Below, piece after piece: positions 49,300 to 60,068 of a stretch of DNA of 64,000 bases (its first letter is position 1; each line of letters starts with the position of its first letter). Source of the DNA: Pseudomonadota bacterium (lineage in GTDB: Bacteria; Desulfobacterota; Binatia; Binatales; Binataceae); the NCBI GenBank assembly GCA_021324885.1, contig JAJPIF010000022.1:198659-262658 (forward strand), written 5' to 3'. The notes under the pieces are model-generated. The model was not told the origin of the DNA. It saw nothing but the letters and a program-made list of their open reading frames with translations, and made no database searches. The position numbers and the translations under genes were made by a program.

Positions 49300-50664
49300 A
49301 TGGACGGTGAACGCAACACCATCATAGTCGTCGATGACGACGGCGAGATGGCCAATTTTCTGGCCGAAATATTGAGCGCCGCCGGATACCGGGCGCTGGC
49401 TGTTACCTCCGGTTCTGAAGCCCTCAACCTGGTCCGGCGGGAGCATCCCGACCTGGTGATTTCAGACCTGCGAATGGTCGGCATGAACGGTCATCAGTTG
49501 CAGGCCGAGTTGAAGCGTCTGGCGCCCAATCTGCCGGTAATCATCATCACCGCCTTCGGCTCCATCCAGACCGCGGTCGAGTCGATGAAGATGGGCGCCT
49601 TCGACTACATCACGAAACCCTTTTCCAACGATGAGCTGCTGCTGGTGGTGGCGCGTGCGCTTGAAGATCGCAGTCTGCGCCAGGAAATCAGAAGATTGCG
49701 GGGCGAGTTGGCCCACAGCTACGGGCTGGAAAATATCATCGCGGTCAGCCGTAAAATGACCGAAGTGCTCGAGGTGGTGGGCCAAATCGGCGACAGCACG
49801 GCCAGCGTGCTGCTTTCGGGGGAAAGCGGCACCGGCAAGGAACTGATTGCGCGGGCGCTGCATTTCCGCAGCCGCCGCCAGCAGGCTCCCTTCGTACCGG
49901 TCAATTGCGCGGCGATTCCCGATAACCTGCTGGAAAGTGAACTGTTTGGCCACGTCAAGGGCGCATTCACCGACGCTCGTCAGGCCAAGCCCGGTCTGTT
50001 CCAAACCGCCCGCGGCGGCACCTTGTTCCTTGACGAGATTGGCGAGATGCCGTTGCTGCTCCAGGCCAAACTGCTGCGAGTGATCGAAGACAAGCGCGTT
50101 CGGCCGGTGGGCTCGATCGAAGAAACCCCGGTTGATGTCAGGATCGTCTCGGCAACCAACGCTGACCTCGAAGAGGCGATCAAAGCGGGCAAATTCCGCG
50201 CCGATCTTTACTATCGTCTGGCCACAGTCACGCTGGTGCTGCCGCCATTGCGCGAAAGGCCCGAGGATATCCTTCCCCTGGTAAAGCATTTTCTGGCCCG
50301 CGCCAGCGCGGAGGCCGGACGCGCGGTCCCCGAGATTGGTCCCGACGCGATCGGATGCCTGACCCATTACTCATGGCCGGGCAACATCCGAGAGCTTCAA
50401 AATGTGATTTCGCGAGCCGTCATCCTGTGCCGCAACGATCGAATCACCCGCAACGATCTGCCAGCCAAGCTGGCCGGTAGAGAAACGCCGTGGGTGACGG
50501 TGGACGACGCAGTTAATCGGCGGCTGACGATGGACCAGCTCGAACGCGAATATGCCCGCGCGATTCTCGCCGCGGTCGGGGGCAACAAGAGCGAGGCCGC
50601 AGCGGTATTGGGCATCGACCGCAAGACCCTCTACCGCAAGCTGGGCGAACCCGAGACAAATTAG
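49300..50664 (+). CDS. sigma-54-dependent response regulator (NtrC family: REC plus AAA+ with GAFTDA plus Fis-type HTH)
   Basis: ESGTGKE Walker A, GAFTDA sigma-54 contact motif, C-terminal HTH. Confidence 0.9.
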   Translation: MDGERNTIIVVDDDGEMANFLAEILSAAGYRALAVTSGSEALNLVRREHPDLVISDLRMVGMNGHQLQAELKRLAPNLPVIIITAFGSIQTAVESMKMGAFDYITKPFSNDELLLVVARALEDRSLRQEIRRLRGELAHSYGLENIIAVSRKMTEVLEVVGQIGDSTASVLLSGESGTGKELIARALHFRSRRQQAPFVPVNCAAIPDNLLESELFGHVKGAFTDARQAKPGLFQTARGGTLFLDEIGEMPLLLQAKLLRVIEDKRVRPVGSIEETPVDVRIVSATNADLEEAIKAGKFRADLYYRLATVTLVLPPLRERPEDILPLVKHFLARASAEAGRAVPEIGPDAIGCLTHYSWPGNIRELQNVISRAVILCRNDRITRNDLPAKLAGRETPWVTVDDAVNRRLTMDQLEREYARAILAAVGGNKSEAAAVLGIDRKTLYRKLGEPETN

Positions 50665-50675
50665 TCACGCGCCGA

Positions 50676-51305
50676 TCAGCGCCGGAGGATTTGATCGATG
50701 CGCGCTGCGCGCCGGTGCGCCAGATCGGCCATGCAGGCCTGATAGACGGTGTCGGCAGCGCCGCTGCGGGCTGTGGTACTGAGCCACCGGCACTCGGTTT
50801 CGCGATAAAGCAGGAAGGTTGCCTGGGCTGCGTCGAAGCTGCGTGCCGCGCCGATTTTGGTGCTGCCGACCTTATCCAAAGCGCGCATGTCGGTTGACAT
50901 CCTGGCCACCGCGTCCGCCATCGCCCGTTCGGCCTGGAGCTTTTTTTGCCGCAGGCATTGGAGCAAATCATCGGGAGAAAGCTTGCGGCATTGCGCGATC
51001 AATTCATCGGCGCTGTCGGCTCCGTCGGCGACTGACTGCACGAGCTGCACCTTTTGGGCGGCGGGCGTGACCTGCGGTTGGAACCACATGTAACTCAGCA
51101 AACGCCAGCCGGCCAGACCAAAGACCGCAACCAGCACGACGTCATCGATGATCATGACCAGTCTTTTCGCGTGACCGTCTGGAATCAGGTAAGCGATCAG
51201 GCGCGCCGAGACGGCGAAAATGAAAATCGCCGTTATGACGGCACTGGCATGATGGATCAGCGCCTGAATCGCCTCGAGATGAACCCACTCGTTGATGTAG
51301 CCCAT
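50676..51305 (-). CDS. membrane-anchored protein with DUF1311 (LprI-like lysozyme-inhibitor fold) C-terminal domain
   Basis: Two N-terminal TM helices; C-terminal ...AAQATFLLYRETECRWL...YQACMADLAHRRAARI... with conserved Cys pair. Confidence 0.45.
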   Translation of the reverse strand: MGYINEWVHLEAIQALIHHASAVITAIFIFAVSARLIAYLIPDGHAKRLVMIIDDVVLVAVFGLAGWRLLSYMWFQPQVTPAAQKVQLVQSVADGADSADELIAQCRKLSPDDLLQCLRQKKLQAERAMADAVARMSTDMRALDKVGSTKIGAARSFDAAQATFLLYRETECRWLSTTARSGAADTVYQACMADLAHRRAARIDQILRR

Positions 51306-51399
51306 GATCGTAATTGCGGCCGGTCAGATCGCCTATCGCGTGCCGCAGAACGCCTGTCTCGGTGCGGCTAATTTTTCATGGAATTCCTGGATGCGGCAA

Positions 51400-52431
51400 T
51401 CACGACGCCGGTGCTGCCGGCAGTGCCGGCATCCTGATCGCGCCGCTGACGATTCCTTGTTCGACCTGCCTGACTCGTTGCCTTACGGCCGTTGGGATGC
51501 GGTCTGCGAGGGCGGGATTGAATACCACCTTGACCATGTTGTCTTTCATGCCGAAGGTGAGCATTGAGGGATGAAACGTCCCGGCTTTCACCTGGGCGGC
51601 GATTTTAACAAACGCATCAGGGACATCGACGACGGCGCTGGCGATGGTGGCCCGTCCGGCGACGAAGTTTTGGTTGCGGTAGGCGCCGAAGACATAGACA
51701 TGGCGTTCCTGGGCGGCTTGCAACACTCCCAGTCCGGCCGCGTCGGCATTATGGATCAGGAAGTCCGCGCCGCGGCTGATCTGCGCCAGGGCGGCTTCTT
51801 TGGCCGCGCCCACGTCGTCAAAATCGCCAGTATAACTGACCAGCACTTTTCCAGCCGGGCGAACCGAGTTGAAACCCATCCTGAAGCCTTCGAAGGTCAA
51901 TTTGATGGCGGGCAATTCGATACCGCCGATGGCGCCCGCTATCCCGGTTTTGGACATCAAGCCGGCCACCACTCCCTCGGTGTAAGTGGCTTGTTCGAGC
52001 GCGAAGGACACCGACGCGACATTGGCGGAAGATCGACTGCCGGAGCTGACGACAAAAATCGTATGGGGAAAATCGCGTCCGGCCGCGATGGCGGCATCGG
52101 TGTATTCAAAGCCGTTCGCGAAGATCAGTTTAAATCCGCGTGCGGCGAAATCGCGCAATGCATCGTCAAAATCAGCCGGGGAAGCGGTCTGCACCATCGC
52201 GGTCTGTGCGCCCAGACGAGCTTTGATCAACTGGAGGCCTTCGAAGGCCGCCGCGTTCCACCCGGCGTCACTGACCGGTCCCGGCGTAAGGAGCGCAACC
52301 CGAAAGAGATTTTCAGGCGCGGGCGCGGTTTTGGGCGCGCACCCGCACAATAAAAATGCGGCCGCGAGCGGCGCGATCGCTGCAAGGCGATAGATGGCAC
52401 GATGCAGCGGGCGGCCGCCCCTCAGTCTCAT
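51400..52431 (-). CDS. BMP family (Med/PnrA-like) lipoprotein, orphan substrate-binding protein
   Basis: Lipobox LLCGC; PF02608-like fold; no adjacent ABC permease/ATPase genes. Confidence 0.7.
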   Translation of the reverse strand: MRLRGGRPLHRAIYRLAAIAPLAAAFLLCGCAPKTAPAPENLFRVALLTPGPVSDAGWNAAAFEGLQLIKARLGAQTAMVQTASPADFDDALRDFAARGFKLIFANGFEYTDAAIAAGRDFPHTIFVVSSGSRSSANVASVSFALEQATYTEGVVAGLMSKTGIAGAIGGIELPAIKLTFEGFRMGFNSVRPAGKVLVSYTGDFDDVGAAKEAALAQISRGADFLIHNADAAGLGVLQAAQERHVYVFGAYRNQNFVAGRATIASAVVDVPDAFVKIAAQVKAGTFHPSMLTFGMKDNMVKVVFNPALADRIPTAVRQRVRQVEQGIVSGAIRMPALPAAPAS

Positions 52432-52482
52432 AACTGAAATTCGCTACATTTCGCGCAAGACCAACGCTCAGGCGCCCGGCAC

Positions 52483-53067
52483 TCAGCCCTTCATCAGCAG
52501 GGCTTCGTCGGCGGCCAGGGTGGCATAAACTTCACGGTCGATTTCGCGGTAACGCTCCAGCGCGCGGTCGGCACGCTGGGGGTCGCCTTGTTCGCGCGCA
52601 ATCTCGCGCATCTGCCGCTCGATCCATGACAGATGCCAGCTCTCATCTTCGGTGACGGCCTTGAGAACGGAGAGCGTCTCGGGATCGACGTTGGGCATCG
52701 CTGAATGTTGGATGTAGCGCGAGCGCGCCCGCTCCTCGACCACCACCGTAAGCGCCAGCAAATCGATCAGGTCCTTGGGAACTCCGGTTCTCAATCCGAG
52801 TCTGCGCTGATAGCCGTCATCGACCATCTTGGGAGCGGCGCCCAAATCGGCGATACGTTTGGTCCACAGCCATGCGTGGCGCGTTTCGTCGGCCAAATGG
52901 CGCGACATTTTGAGCTGTGCTTCGGCGTCCTTAAGATGATGGAGAAGGTTAAAGAGCAGGCGGGCGCCCCTCAGTTCGGCGTCACGGTAGAAACTGAAAA
53001 TCCAAACCAGCTTGTCGGTTGCAGACAGCTCGCTTAAATTGATGTTGGTTTGCGGCGTCTCTGGCAT
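52483..53067 (-). CDS. ferritin-like diiron-carboxylate domain protein
   Basis: Two E-x-x-H motifs (ETRH, ESWH) in a four-helix pattern; GAGAGG RBS. Confidence 0.5.
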   Translation of the reverse strand: MPETPQTNINLSELSATDKLVWIFSFYRDAELRGARLLFNLLHHLKDAEAQLKMSRHLADETRHAWLWTKRIADLGAAPKMVDDGYQRRLGLRTGVPKDLIDLLALTVVVEERARSRYIQHSAMPNVDPETLSVLKAVTEDESWHLSWIERQMREIAREQGDPQRADRALERYREIDREVYATLAADEALLMKG

Positions 53068-53312
53068 TTCTGACCTCTCGGCCTCCCCCCATCCTATTCC
53101 TGCCGCCACTCCTATCCGATCAGGTTGGTAGCAGGCCGCGCTCCGCGATATTCCCGGAATGCTGGAAAAAACCGATTTTTTACTTAACGTGCTTTAAGTA
53201 TGCTATCGCTATAGGCCGGTCAAGAACTTCCGCGAGTGCGGCGGACCTGCGATGAATTGATAAGTCACAGCTCCGGGGGTAATAAGGATGGCCAAAAAGG
53301 GGGCAAGGGGGG

Positions 53313-54479
53313 ATGACACCCAGTACCGATGCTTATTGGCTGGCACTGCGGCGCGTGCGCGGGGTTGGCCCACGAGTCGCGCGGTTATTGCTGGAAAAGT
53401 TCGATAACGCGCCACGGATTTTCGCGCTTGGCGAAGAAGAGCTGGTGGCGGCGGGAGTCTATCGGCCGACAGCGAAGAATCTGATCCAATTCGCGGATTT
53501 CGAAGCTGTGGAAAAGGAGTTATGCGAGTTGGCGCGCCTGGGCGTCAGCCTGGTTCGATGGAACGACGGCAGTTACCCCTCAATCCTGAAGGAAATTCCG
53601 GACCCGCCGCCCTTTTTGTATCTGCGCGGCGAGCTGCCCTCTGACCCGGCCGACGCGGTCGCGATCGTGGGCGCGCGCGCGGCCAGCGACGCCGGCTTGC
53701 ACATGGCGCATCGCTTGGCGATGGAACTGGCGGTACGAGGCATCACTGTGGTCAGCGGCCTGGCCCGCGGTATCGACGCCGCGGCCCATCAAGGAGCGTT
53801 GGAGGGAAACGGTCGAACCATTGCGGTGCTGGGCTGCGGAATTGATATAATCTATCCACCTGAGCATCGCCAGTTGACCGATTCGATCCTGGCCCAGAAC
53901 GGCGCCTTGCTGAGTGAACTACCTGTGGGCAGTGCCCCGGTACCGGAAAATTTTCCGGTACGTAACCGGCTTATCGCCGGCCTGAGCCTTGGCGTTGTGG
54001 TGGTCGAGGCGGCTGAAAAAAGTGGCTCATTGATCACCGCCCGCCTCGCTTTAGAGCAAAATCGTCAGGTTTTCGCTGTTCCGGGCAGCCCGCTGACCGG
54101 CAAAACTCGAGGCAGTAACCGCCTGCTCAAACAGGGTGCGCGGCTGGTGGATTGTGTTGAGGACGTTATTGAAGAGCTGGCGCCGCAACTGCACAATGGT
54201 GGGGGTGTGGCAGCCGGCGCGCGGGTTAATCCTGGCAAGGCGCTGCCCGAAGTTGAGGCTAATCGCGCCGCTGAATTGGCGCGCCAATTTGCTGGCAAAG
54301 GCCAGCAGTTTGAGACCGTGATTCGACATCTGAATTCATCCGAGCGAATACATATAGACTCGATCGTGGAAAGCTCAGGGTTGAGCGCCCAGACAGTGCT
54401 TGGCGTTTTGCTGGAGTTGGAGTTGACCGGGCTGGTCGTTCAGCATCCCGGCAAACTCTTCTCTCTGGCACAGATCTAG
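53313..54479 (+). CDS. dprA: DNA-processing protein A (Smf/DprA)
   Basis: Rossmann-like DprA domain (...VVSGLARGIDAAAHQGAL..., GSLITA), C-terminal winged helix; conserved synteny with topA. Confidence 0.9.
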   Translation: MTPSTDAYWLALRRVRGVGPRVARLLLEKFDNAPRIFALGEEELVAAGVYRPTAKNLIQFADFEAVEKELCELARLGVSLVRWNDGSYPSILKEIPDPPPFLYLRGELPSDPADAVAIVGARAASDAGLHMAHRLAMELAVRGITVVSGLARGIDAAAHQGALEGNGRTIAVLGCGIDIIYPPEHRQLTDSILAQNGALLSELPVGSAPVPENFPVRNRLIAGLSLGVVVVEAAEKSGSLITARLALEQNRQVFAVPGSPLTGKTRGSNRLLKQGARLVDCVEDVIEELAPQLHNGGGVAAGARVNPGKALPEVEANRAAELARQFAGKGQQFETVIRHLNSSERIHIDSIVESSGLSAQTVLGVLLELELTGLVVQHPGKLFSLAQI

Positions 54480-54562
54480 CTTGATGGTTACTCGTTTATG
54501 GAGGCGGCTTGGTCCTTCCTTTTTCTGGGGGGAAGCGGACGAGGGCCAAAAGTGCAACACAA

Positions 54563-56896
54563 GTGGCTAAAAATCTTCTAATTGTCGAATCGCCCGCCAA
54601 GGCAAAAACGATCAAACGTTATTTAGGGTCCGGTTTTCAGGTAGCACCCTCGGTGGGCCACGTGATGGATCTGCCCAAAAACAAGCTAGGCGTCGATTTG
54701 GAACATGATTTCCTGCCCGAGTACGAGATTATCAAGGGCAAAAACAAGGTTATAGAAGCGATCAAAAAGGCCGCCAGAGAAAGCGAAAACATCTACCTGG
54801 CGACCGACCCCGACCGCGAGGGCGAGGCTATCGCCTGGCATGTCGCCGAACAGATCGGCAACAACCGCCGCCTCCATCGCGTACTGCTGCATGAGATCAC
54901 TCCCGCGGCCGTCAGACAGGCGCTGGCCAATCCGGCCGAACTCAATCGCAATCTGTACGAAGCGCAGCAGGCGCGCCGCGTGCTCGATCGGCTGGTCGGT
55001 TACCAGATAAGTCCGCTGCTGTGGGAAAAAGTCCGCCGCGGCATCAGCGCCGGGCGCGTGCAATCGGTGGCGCTGCGCATAATCGTCGAGCGCGAGCGCG
55101 AACGTGAGGCGTTCCGCGCCGAGGAATACTGGACGCTGGACGCCAGGCTGGAAGGACGCAATCCGCCGCCGTTCAAAGCGCGGCTGTTCGCGCATGCGGG
55201 TCGTCGAGTTGATAATAAAAACTACAAACTGAGCAAGGCCGAAGTCGATTCGATTGTGGCGCTGCTCAAGAGCAGGAAGGCCCCTGCTTTCACCGTCAGC
55301 AGGATCGAACGCAAGGAGGTCCGCCGCACGCCGGCGCCTCCGTTCATTACCTCGCGCCTGCAGCAGGAGGCTGCGCGCCGGCTTTACTTCTCGCCCTCGC
55401 GCACGATGAAGATCGCGCAGAAATTGTACGAGGGCGTGGAGATTGGCGATCAGGGCGCGGTCGGGCTCATCACTTACATGCGAACCGACTCGGTCCGCGT
55501 GTCCGATCAGGCCCTGAACGAAGTCCGCAACTATATCGAGCAGCGCTACGGCGCGAAATACGTTCCGGAGAAACCGAATTTCTACAAGTCGGCGAAATCC
55601 GCCCAGGAAGCGCACGAAGCTATTCGTCCCACTTCTGTGGGCCGCGATCCCGAATCGCTCTCGCGCTATTTGTCCAGGGATGAACTGGCGCTGTATACCT
55701 TGATTTTCAACCGCTTCGTTTCCAGCCAGATGCCGCCCGCCGTGTTCGACCGCACCACCGTGGATATCACCGCCGGGGACGAACAGTTCCGCGCCACCGG
55801 GCAGGTGATGAAGTTTGACGGCTTCATCCGCGTTTATCTCGAAGGTGTGGATGAGCCCGCCGAAGAGGACGACCAGGCGCAGTTGCCGCAGCTCAGCGAG
55901 GGCGAAATCCTGCGTCTGCTGGAGCTCATTCCCGAGCAGCATTTTACCCAGCCGCCGCCGCGCTTCACGCAGGCCACGCTGATCAAGGAACTGGAGGAAA
56001 ACGGCATCGGCCGTCCCTCCACCTACGCGTCGATCATGTCGAGTATCCTCAATCGCGAGTACGTGGACGAGGACGAAAGCAAGCGGCTGCGACCGACCTC
56101 GCTGGGCAGAATCGTCAGCGATCTGCTGGTGGCCGCGTTTCCAGATATCGTCGAGACCGGTTTCACCGCGCACATGGAGCAGGAACTCGACCAGGTCGAG
56201 GAGGGCAAGGAAAACTGGGTCAAAACCCTCAAGCGCTTTTACAGCCCGTTCAAAAAGCGGCTGGGCGAGGCGCGCAAGAAGATGCCGCAGGTCAAGGGCA
56301 AGGGTATCCCCACCAATATCAAATGCGAACTGGACGGCGGCGACATGGTGATCAAGTTCGGGCGCAACGGCGAGTTTTTGGCCTGCTCGAACTACCCGGA
56401 ATGCGCCAACACCAAGGAGTTCACGCGCGACGATCAGGGCAACATCATCGGCAAGGAGCCGGCGCCCGCGCAGCCAACCGACATGGTGTGCGAGAAGTGC
56501 GGCCGGCCGATGGTCCGCAGGCGCTCACGGTTCGGGGAATTTCTGGGCTGTTCGGGGTATCCCGAATGCAACGGGATCAAGCGGCTGCAAAGCGAGCCGG
56601 TGAAAACCGGCGTGCGCTGCCCGCAGTGCCATGAGGGCGAAGTCCTTGAACGGCGCAGCCGGCGCGGCAAGATCTTTTACGGATGCAGCCGGTATCCCAA
56701 ATGCGACTTCGCCAGCTGGAACAAGGTGGTCGATCAGAAATGTCCCAAGTGCGGCTCACCTTACCTGGTGGAGAAGACCACCAAGCGCGCCGGCACCACG
56801 TGGTCATGTCCGAAAGAAGGCTGCGATCATGTGGTCGCGGCGGCGCCGTCCACCCCGGCGGAAAGCACGCCGACTTCACCGGCCCCGGGCGCTTAG
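54563..56896 (+). CDS. topA: DNA topoisomerase I with C-terminal zinc-ribbon repeats
   Basis: TOPRIM (LLIVESPAKAKTI), catalytic Tyr region, multiple C4 zinc fingers at C-terminus; GTG start. Confidence 0.9.
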   Translation: MAKNLLIVESPAKAKTIKRYLGSGFQVAPSVGHVMDLPKNKLGVDLEHDFLPEYEIIKGKNKVIEAIKKAARESENIYLATDPDREGEAIAWHVAEQIGNNRRLHRVLLHEITPAAVRQALANPAELNRNLYEAQQARRVLDRLVGYQISPLLWEKVRRGISAGRVQSVALRIIVEREREREAFRAEEYWTLDARLEGRNPPPFKARLFAHAGRRVDNKNYKLSKAEVDSIVALLKSRKAPAFTVSRIERKEVRRTPAPPFITSRLQQEAARRLYFSPSRTMKIAQKLYEGVEIGDQGAVGLITYMRTDSVRVSDQALNEVRNYIEQRYGAKYVPEKPNFYKSAKSAQEAHEAIRPTSVGRDPESLSRYLSRDELALYTLIFNRFVSSQMPPAVFDRTTVDITAGDEQFRATGQVMKFDGFIRVYLEGVDEPAEEDDQAQLPQLSEGEILRLLELIPEQHFTQPPPRFTQATLIKELEENGIGRPSTYASIMSSILNREYVDEDESKRLRPTSLGRIVSDLLVAAFPDIVETGFTAHMEQELDQVEEGKENWVKTLKRFYSPFKKRLGEARKKMPQVKGKGIPTNIKCELDGGDMVIKFGRNGEFLACSNYPECANTKEFTRDDQGNIIGKEPAPAQPTDMVCEKCGRPMVRRRSRFGEFLGCSGYPECNGIKRLQSEPVKTGVRCPQCHEGEVLERRSRRGKIFYGCSRYPKCDFASWNKVVDQKCPKCGSPYLVEKTTKRAGTTWSCPKEGCDHVVAAAPSTPAESTPTSPAPGA

Positions 56897-56920
56897 GAGC
56901 GCGCGGCCAGGGAATCCAAA

Positions 56921-56952
56921 AGCGGAGCATCGCATGCGATGCTCCGCTTTTT
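56921..56952 (+). terminator. rho-independent terminator after topA (potentially bidirectional)
   Basis: AAAAGCGGAGCATCGC-ATGC-GATGCTCCGCTTTTT perfect hairpin flanked by A- and T-runs. Confidence 0.8.
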
Positions 56953-57396
56953 CGTTTCGTGGGCTTTGGTTACGTAGAGCGCCAACAGCGCTGCGCCAAA
57001 AGAGACGGTTGTGGCGCCGACGCCGCTTAAGCCGGTCGCAGCTATACGAGCCGCTGCAAGAATACCAGGTCAAATACGTCATTCCCCTCATCGGCATCGC
57101 GAACATGAAAATAAGGGGATCCAGAAACGAGCGAGCGAAGCCGCGCCAGGTGGTGGCCGCTCACGCAGCAACCGGCTATGGGTTTGGCCGCTGTTGTTCG
57201 CATGGTTGGCCCGCGGCGACGCGCGGTAATCGCGTTGGAAATAGCGTTCTTCTGCAGTAACAGTATTGGTTGGTCCGGCGCAGTGAGCCGGCGCCGGCCG
57301 GCCCGTGGATTTGAAAATTTGCAGCCGTAGGGGCCAAATGACCGGAAAGTTGCTGCCCACAGACGGCGCGACCAAGGAGCGAAAGACTGACGCATC

Positions 57397-58761
57397 ATGG
57401 ACGCCCTGATTGTCGATCGCGTACAGTTCGCTTTCACCGTTACGTTTCACTACCTCTTTCCCCAGCTCACGATGGGACTTGCGTTGCTGCTGGTGATTCT
57501 CAAATCGCTCGCGCTGAAGAGTGGCAAGCCGCAATACGATGAGGCAGTGCGCTTCTGGGGACGCATCCTCGGTATCAATTTCGCCGTCGGGGTCGTAACC
57601 GGGATTCCGTTGGAATTCCAGTTCGGCACCAACTGGGCAGCGTTCTCGAAGACCACGGGAGGGGTGATCGGCCAGACGCTGGCAATGGAAGGCGTCTTTT
57701 CCTTCTTTCTCGAATCGACGTTTCTCGGACTGTTTCTGTTCGGCGAACGGCGGCTCGGGCGCCGGCTTCACTGGCTAGCGACATTCATGGTTTTCCTCGG
57801 CTCGTGGCTTTCGGGCTTTTTCATCATCGCGACCAATGCCTGGATGCAACATCCGGTCGGCTACCGAATCGCCTCCGACGGCGCGGTCGAATTAAACAGC
57901 TTGTGGGCACTGCTCTCCAATCCCTGGCTGCCCTGGCAGTATCTGCACAACATGTGCGCAGCCGTGGTCACCGGCAGCGTCGTGATGGCAGCGGTGGGCG
58001 CTTTTTACCTGCTTGCCGGTCGCAACGAGGACCACGCCCGGATCTTTGTCCGCGTCGGCGTCGTGATTGGCGCGATCGCGTCGCTTCTGATGATGTATCC
58101 GCTCGGCGATGCTCAGGGACGCAATGTCGCGGCTTATCAGCCGGTAACTCTCTCGGCGATGGAGGGACTGTTCCATTCCGAAGCGGGCGCGCCGCTGGCG
58201 ATCCTTGGCCAGCCCGACATGCGCGCCGAGCGGCTCGACAATCCCTTGATCATCCCGCGGGCGTTGAGCTTCCTTACCTACCGTCATTGGAAAGCGGAGG
58301 TTAAGGGGCTTGACGCCTACCCGCGCGATCAATGGCCGGACAACGTTCCACTGGTTTATTACGCCTACCACAACATGGTCGGGCTGGGGACGATCTTCAT
58401 TGCGATCCTGTTGCTGGCGCTGTGGAGCCTGTGGCGCGGAACCCTTTACCGCTCGCGGCCGATGCTGTGGGTCCTGATGCTGCTGGCGCCTTTCCCGTAT
58501 ATCGCCACGACCTTCGGTTGGATGACCGCCGAACTCGGACGCCAGCCTTGGCTTGTATACGGCCTGATGCGTACCGCCCAAGGCGCCTCGCCGCAGGTCT
58601 CCGGCGGCAACGCGATGTTCACCCTGATCGGCTTCGCCGGGATGTATGCGGCGCTGATGGTTCTGTTTCTGTTCCTGATCTATCTCGAAATCGAGCGCGG
58701 ACCGCTCGCCGAACCTGAAGTTCCTGGCTCTCACGCACATCCAACCGAAAGCACAGATTAG
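57397..58761 (+). CDS. cydA: cytochrome bd ubiquinol oxidase subunit I
   Basis: N-terminal ...RVQFAFTVTFHYLFPQLTMGLA... and Q-loop. Confidence 0.9.
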   Translation: MDALIVDRVQFAFTVTFHYLFPQLTMGLALLLVILKSLALKSGKPQYDEAVRFWGRILGINFAVGVVTGIPLEFQFGTNWAAFSKTTGGVIGQTLAMEGVFSFFLESTFLGLFLFGERRLGRRLHWLATFMVFLGSWLSGFFIIATNAWMQHPVGYRIASDGAVELNSLWALLSNPWLPWQYLHNMCAAVVTGSVVMAAVGAFYLLAGRNEDHARIFVRVGVVIGAIASLLMMYPLGDAQGRNVAAYQPVTLSAMEGLFHSEAGAPLAILGQPDMRAERLDNPLIIPRALSFLTYRHWKAEVKGLDAYPRDQWPDNVPLVYYAYHNMVGLGTIFIAILLLALWSLWRGTLYRSRPMLWVLMLLAPFPYIATTFGWMTAELGRQPWLVYGLMRTAQGASPQVSGGNAMFTLIGFAGMYAALMVLFLFLIYLEIERGPLAEPEVPGSHAHPTESTD

Positions 58762-58775
58762 GAAAGGTGCACGCG

Positions 58776-59822
58776 ATGGCGACCTTCTGGTTTTGGATAA
58801 TTGCGGCGATGTTAGCGGTGTACGCCATCCTCGACGGCTTCGATCTCGGCGCCGGCGTCATTGACCTGTTCGTGGCGCACACCGACGCCGAGCGCCGCAT
58901 GGTGATGCGCGCGATCGGCCCGGTATGGGACGGCAACGAGGTATGGCTGCTGGCAGGGGGTGGTTTGCTGTTCATGAGCTTTCCGGGACTTTACGCCGCC
59001 AGCTTCAGCGGCTTCTATCTCCCGCTGACGGTTGTGCTCTGGCTGCTGATCCTGCGCGGCATCTCGCTCGAATTCCGCAACCATATCGAAAGCCCCGTCT
59101 GGGCGCCGCTGTGGGATGTCGTGTTCGCGCTCGCCAGCACCTTGCTGACGATATTTTTCGGTGCCGCCTTGGGCAATGTGATTCGCGGAGTGCCGCTCGA
59201 CGCCAGCGGCTATTTCTTTCTGCCGTTGTGGACCAATTTCCGTCCTGGTCCCAACCCGGGGATTCTCGACTGGTTCACTATCGTGGTCGGTGTCGCCACC
59301 TTGTTCGCGGTCGCCGAGCACGGCGCACTCTGGGTGGCGATGAAGACCGGGGGCGAGCTCGAGGCGCGATGCCGCCGGGTGGCGGCGAAGGTGTGGTGGC
59401 CGATGCTGGCTTTCACATTGCTGGTGCCGGCGGTCAGTCCCTTGGTCCAGCCGCAGCTGCTCGCGCGCTTCTCCAGCGTCGCGTGGGGGTATGTGTTTCC
59501 CGTGCTGATTGCGGCCGGACTGTTCGGCTGTGCGTACTTCAATCGCCCGGCCACCGGCTGGTACGCGTTTGCGTGCTCATGTCTTTATGTGCTTGGAGTC
59601 CTCGGCAGCACCGCCTTCGGACTCTACCCATTCGTGCTGCCATCCAACGTCGATCTGCGTTTCGGACTGACCGTGTATAACGCCGCCGCTCCGCTCCATT
59701 CCCTGAAAATCGGCCTGGTGTGGTTCATCCCCGGAATCATTCTGGCCGCGGTCTACCTGACCGTTGCCTACCGCAGCTTCGCGGGCAAGGTCGGGCTCGA
59801 CGAAAGCGGGCAATATTACTGA
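58776..59822 (+). CDS. cydB: cytochrome bd ubiquinol oxidase subunit II
   Basis: MATFWFWIIAAMLAVYAILDGFDLGAG N-terminus typical of CydB. Confidence 0.9.
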   Translation: MATFWFWIIAAMLAVYAILDGFDLGAGVIDLFVAHTDAERRMVMRAIGPVWDGNEVWLLAGGGLLFMSFPGLYAASFSGFYLPLTVVLWLLILRGISLEFRNHIESPVWAPLWDVVFALASTLLTIFFGAALGNVIRGVPLDASGYFFLPLWTNFRPGPNPGILDWFTIVVGVATLFAVAEHGALWVAMKTGGELEARCRRVAAKVWWPMLAFTLLVPAVSPLVQPQLLARFSSVAWGYVFPVLIAAGLFGCAYFNRPATGWYAFACSCLYVLGVLGSTAFGLYPFVLPSNVDLRFGLTVYNAAAPLHSLKIGLVWFIPGIILAAVYLTVAYRSFAGKVGLDESGQYY

Positions 59823-60068
59823 AGGCAGGTTTTCCCGTTGATACGAATTGGCGATGGCTTGGAGAATCGACTGGTGCGGGAACCGCACTTCTATTCCCGC
59901 GCTGCGTCACTGATTTGCGCAAAGGCGACCAGCTGTCGCCGGCGAAGCCTGGCGCTCGCCACAAGCAGACCGAGTTGTATAAATTCTTCCCTCCTCGAAA
60001 GGTAGGGCGAGCGGCGCCGCCCGAGCATTTTGCCGATGCAGACTCCGGGGCGGCGGGAGCGGCGCTGG

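Noticed and set aside
54466-54480. TGGCACAGATCTAGC sigma-54-like motif just upstream of topA
   Set aside because: -12 element deviates (TAGC) and topA is a housekeeping sigma-70 gene; likely chance match
54686-56173. 495-aa minus-strand ORF inside topA
   Set aside because: Antisense shadow ORF; no family resemblance; topA on the opposite strand is unambiguous
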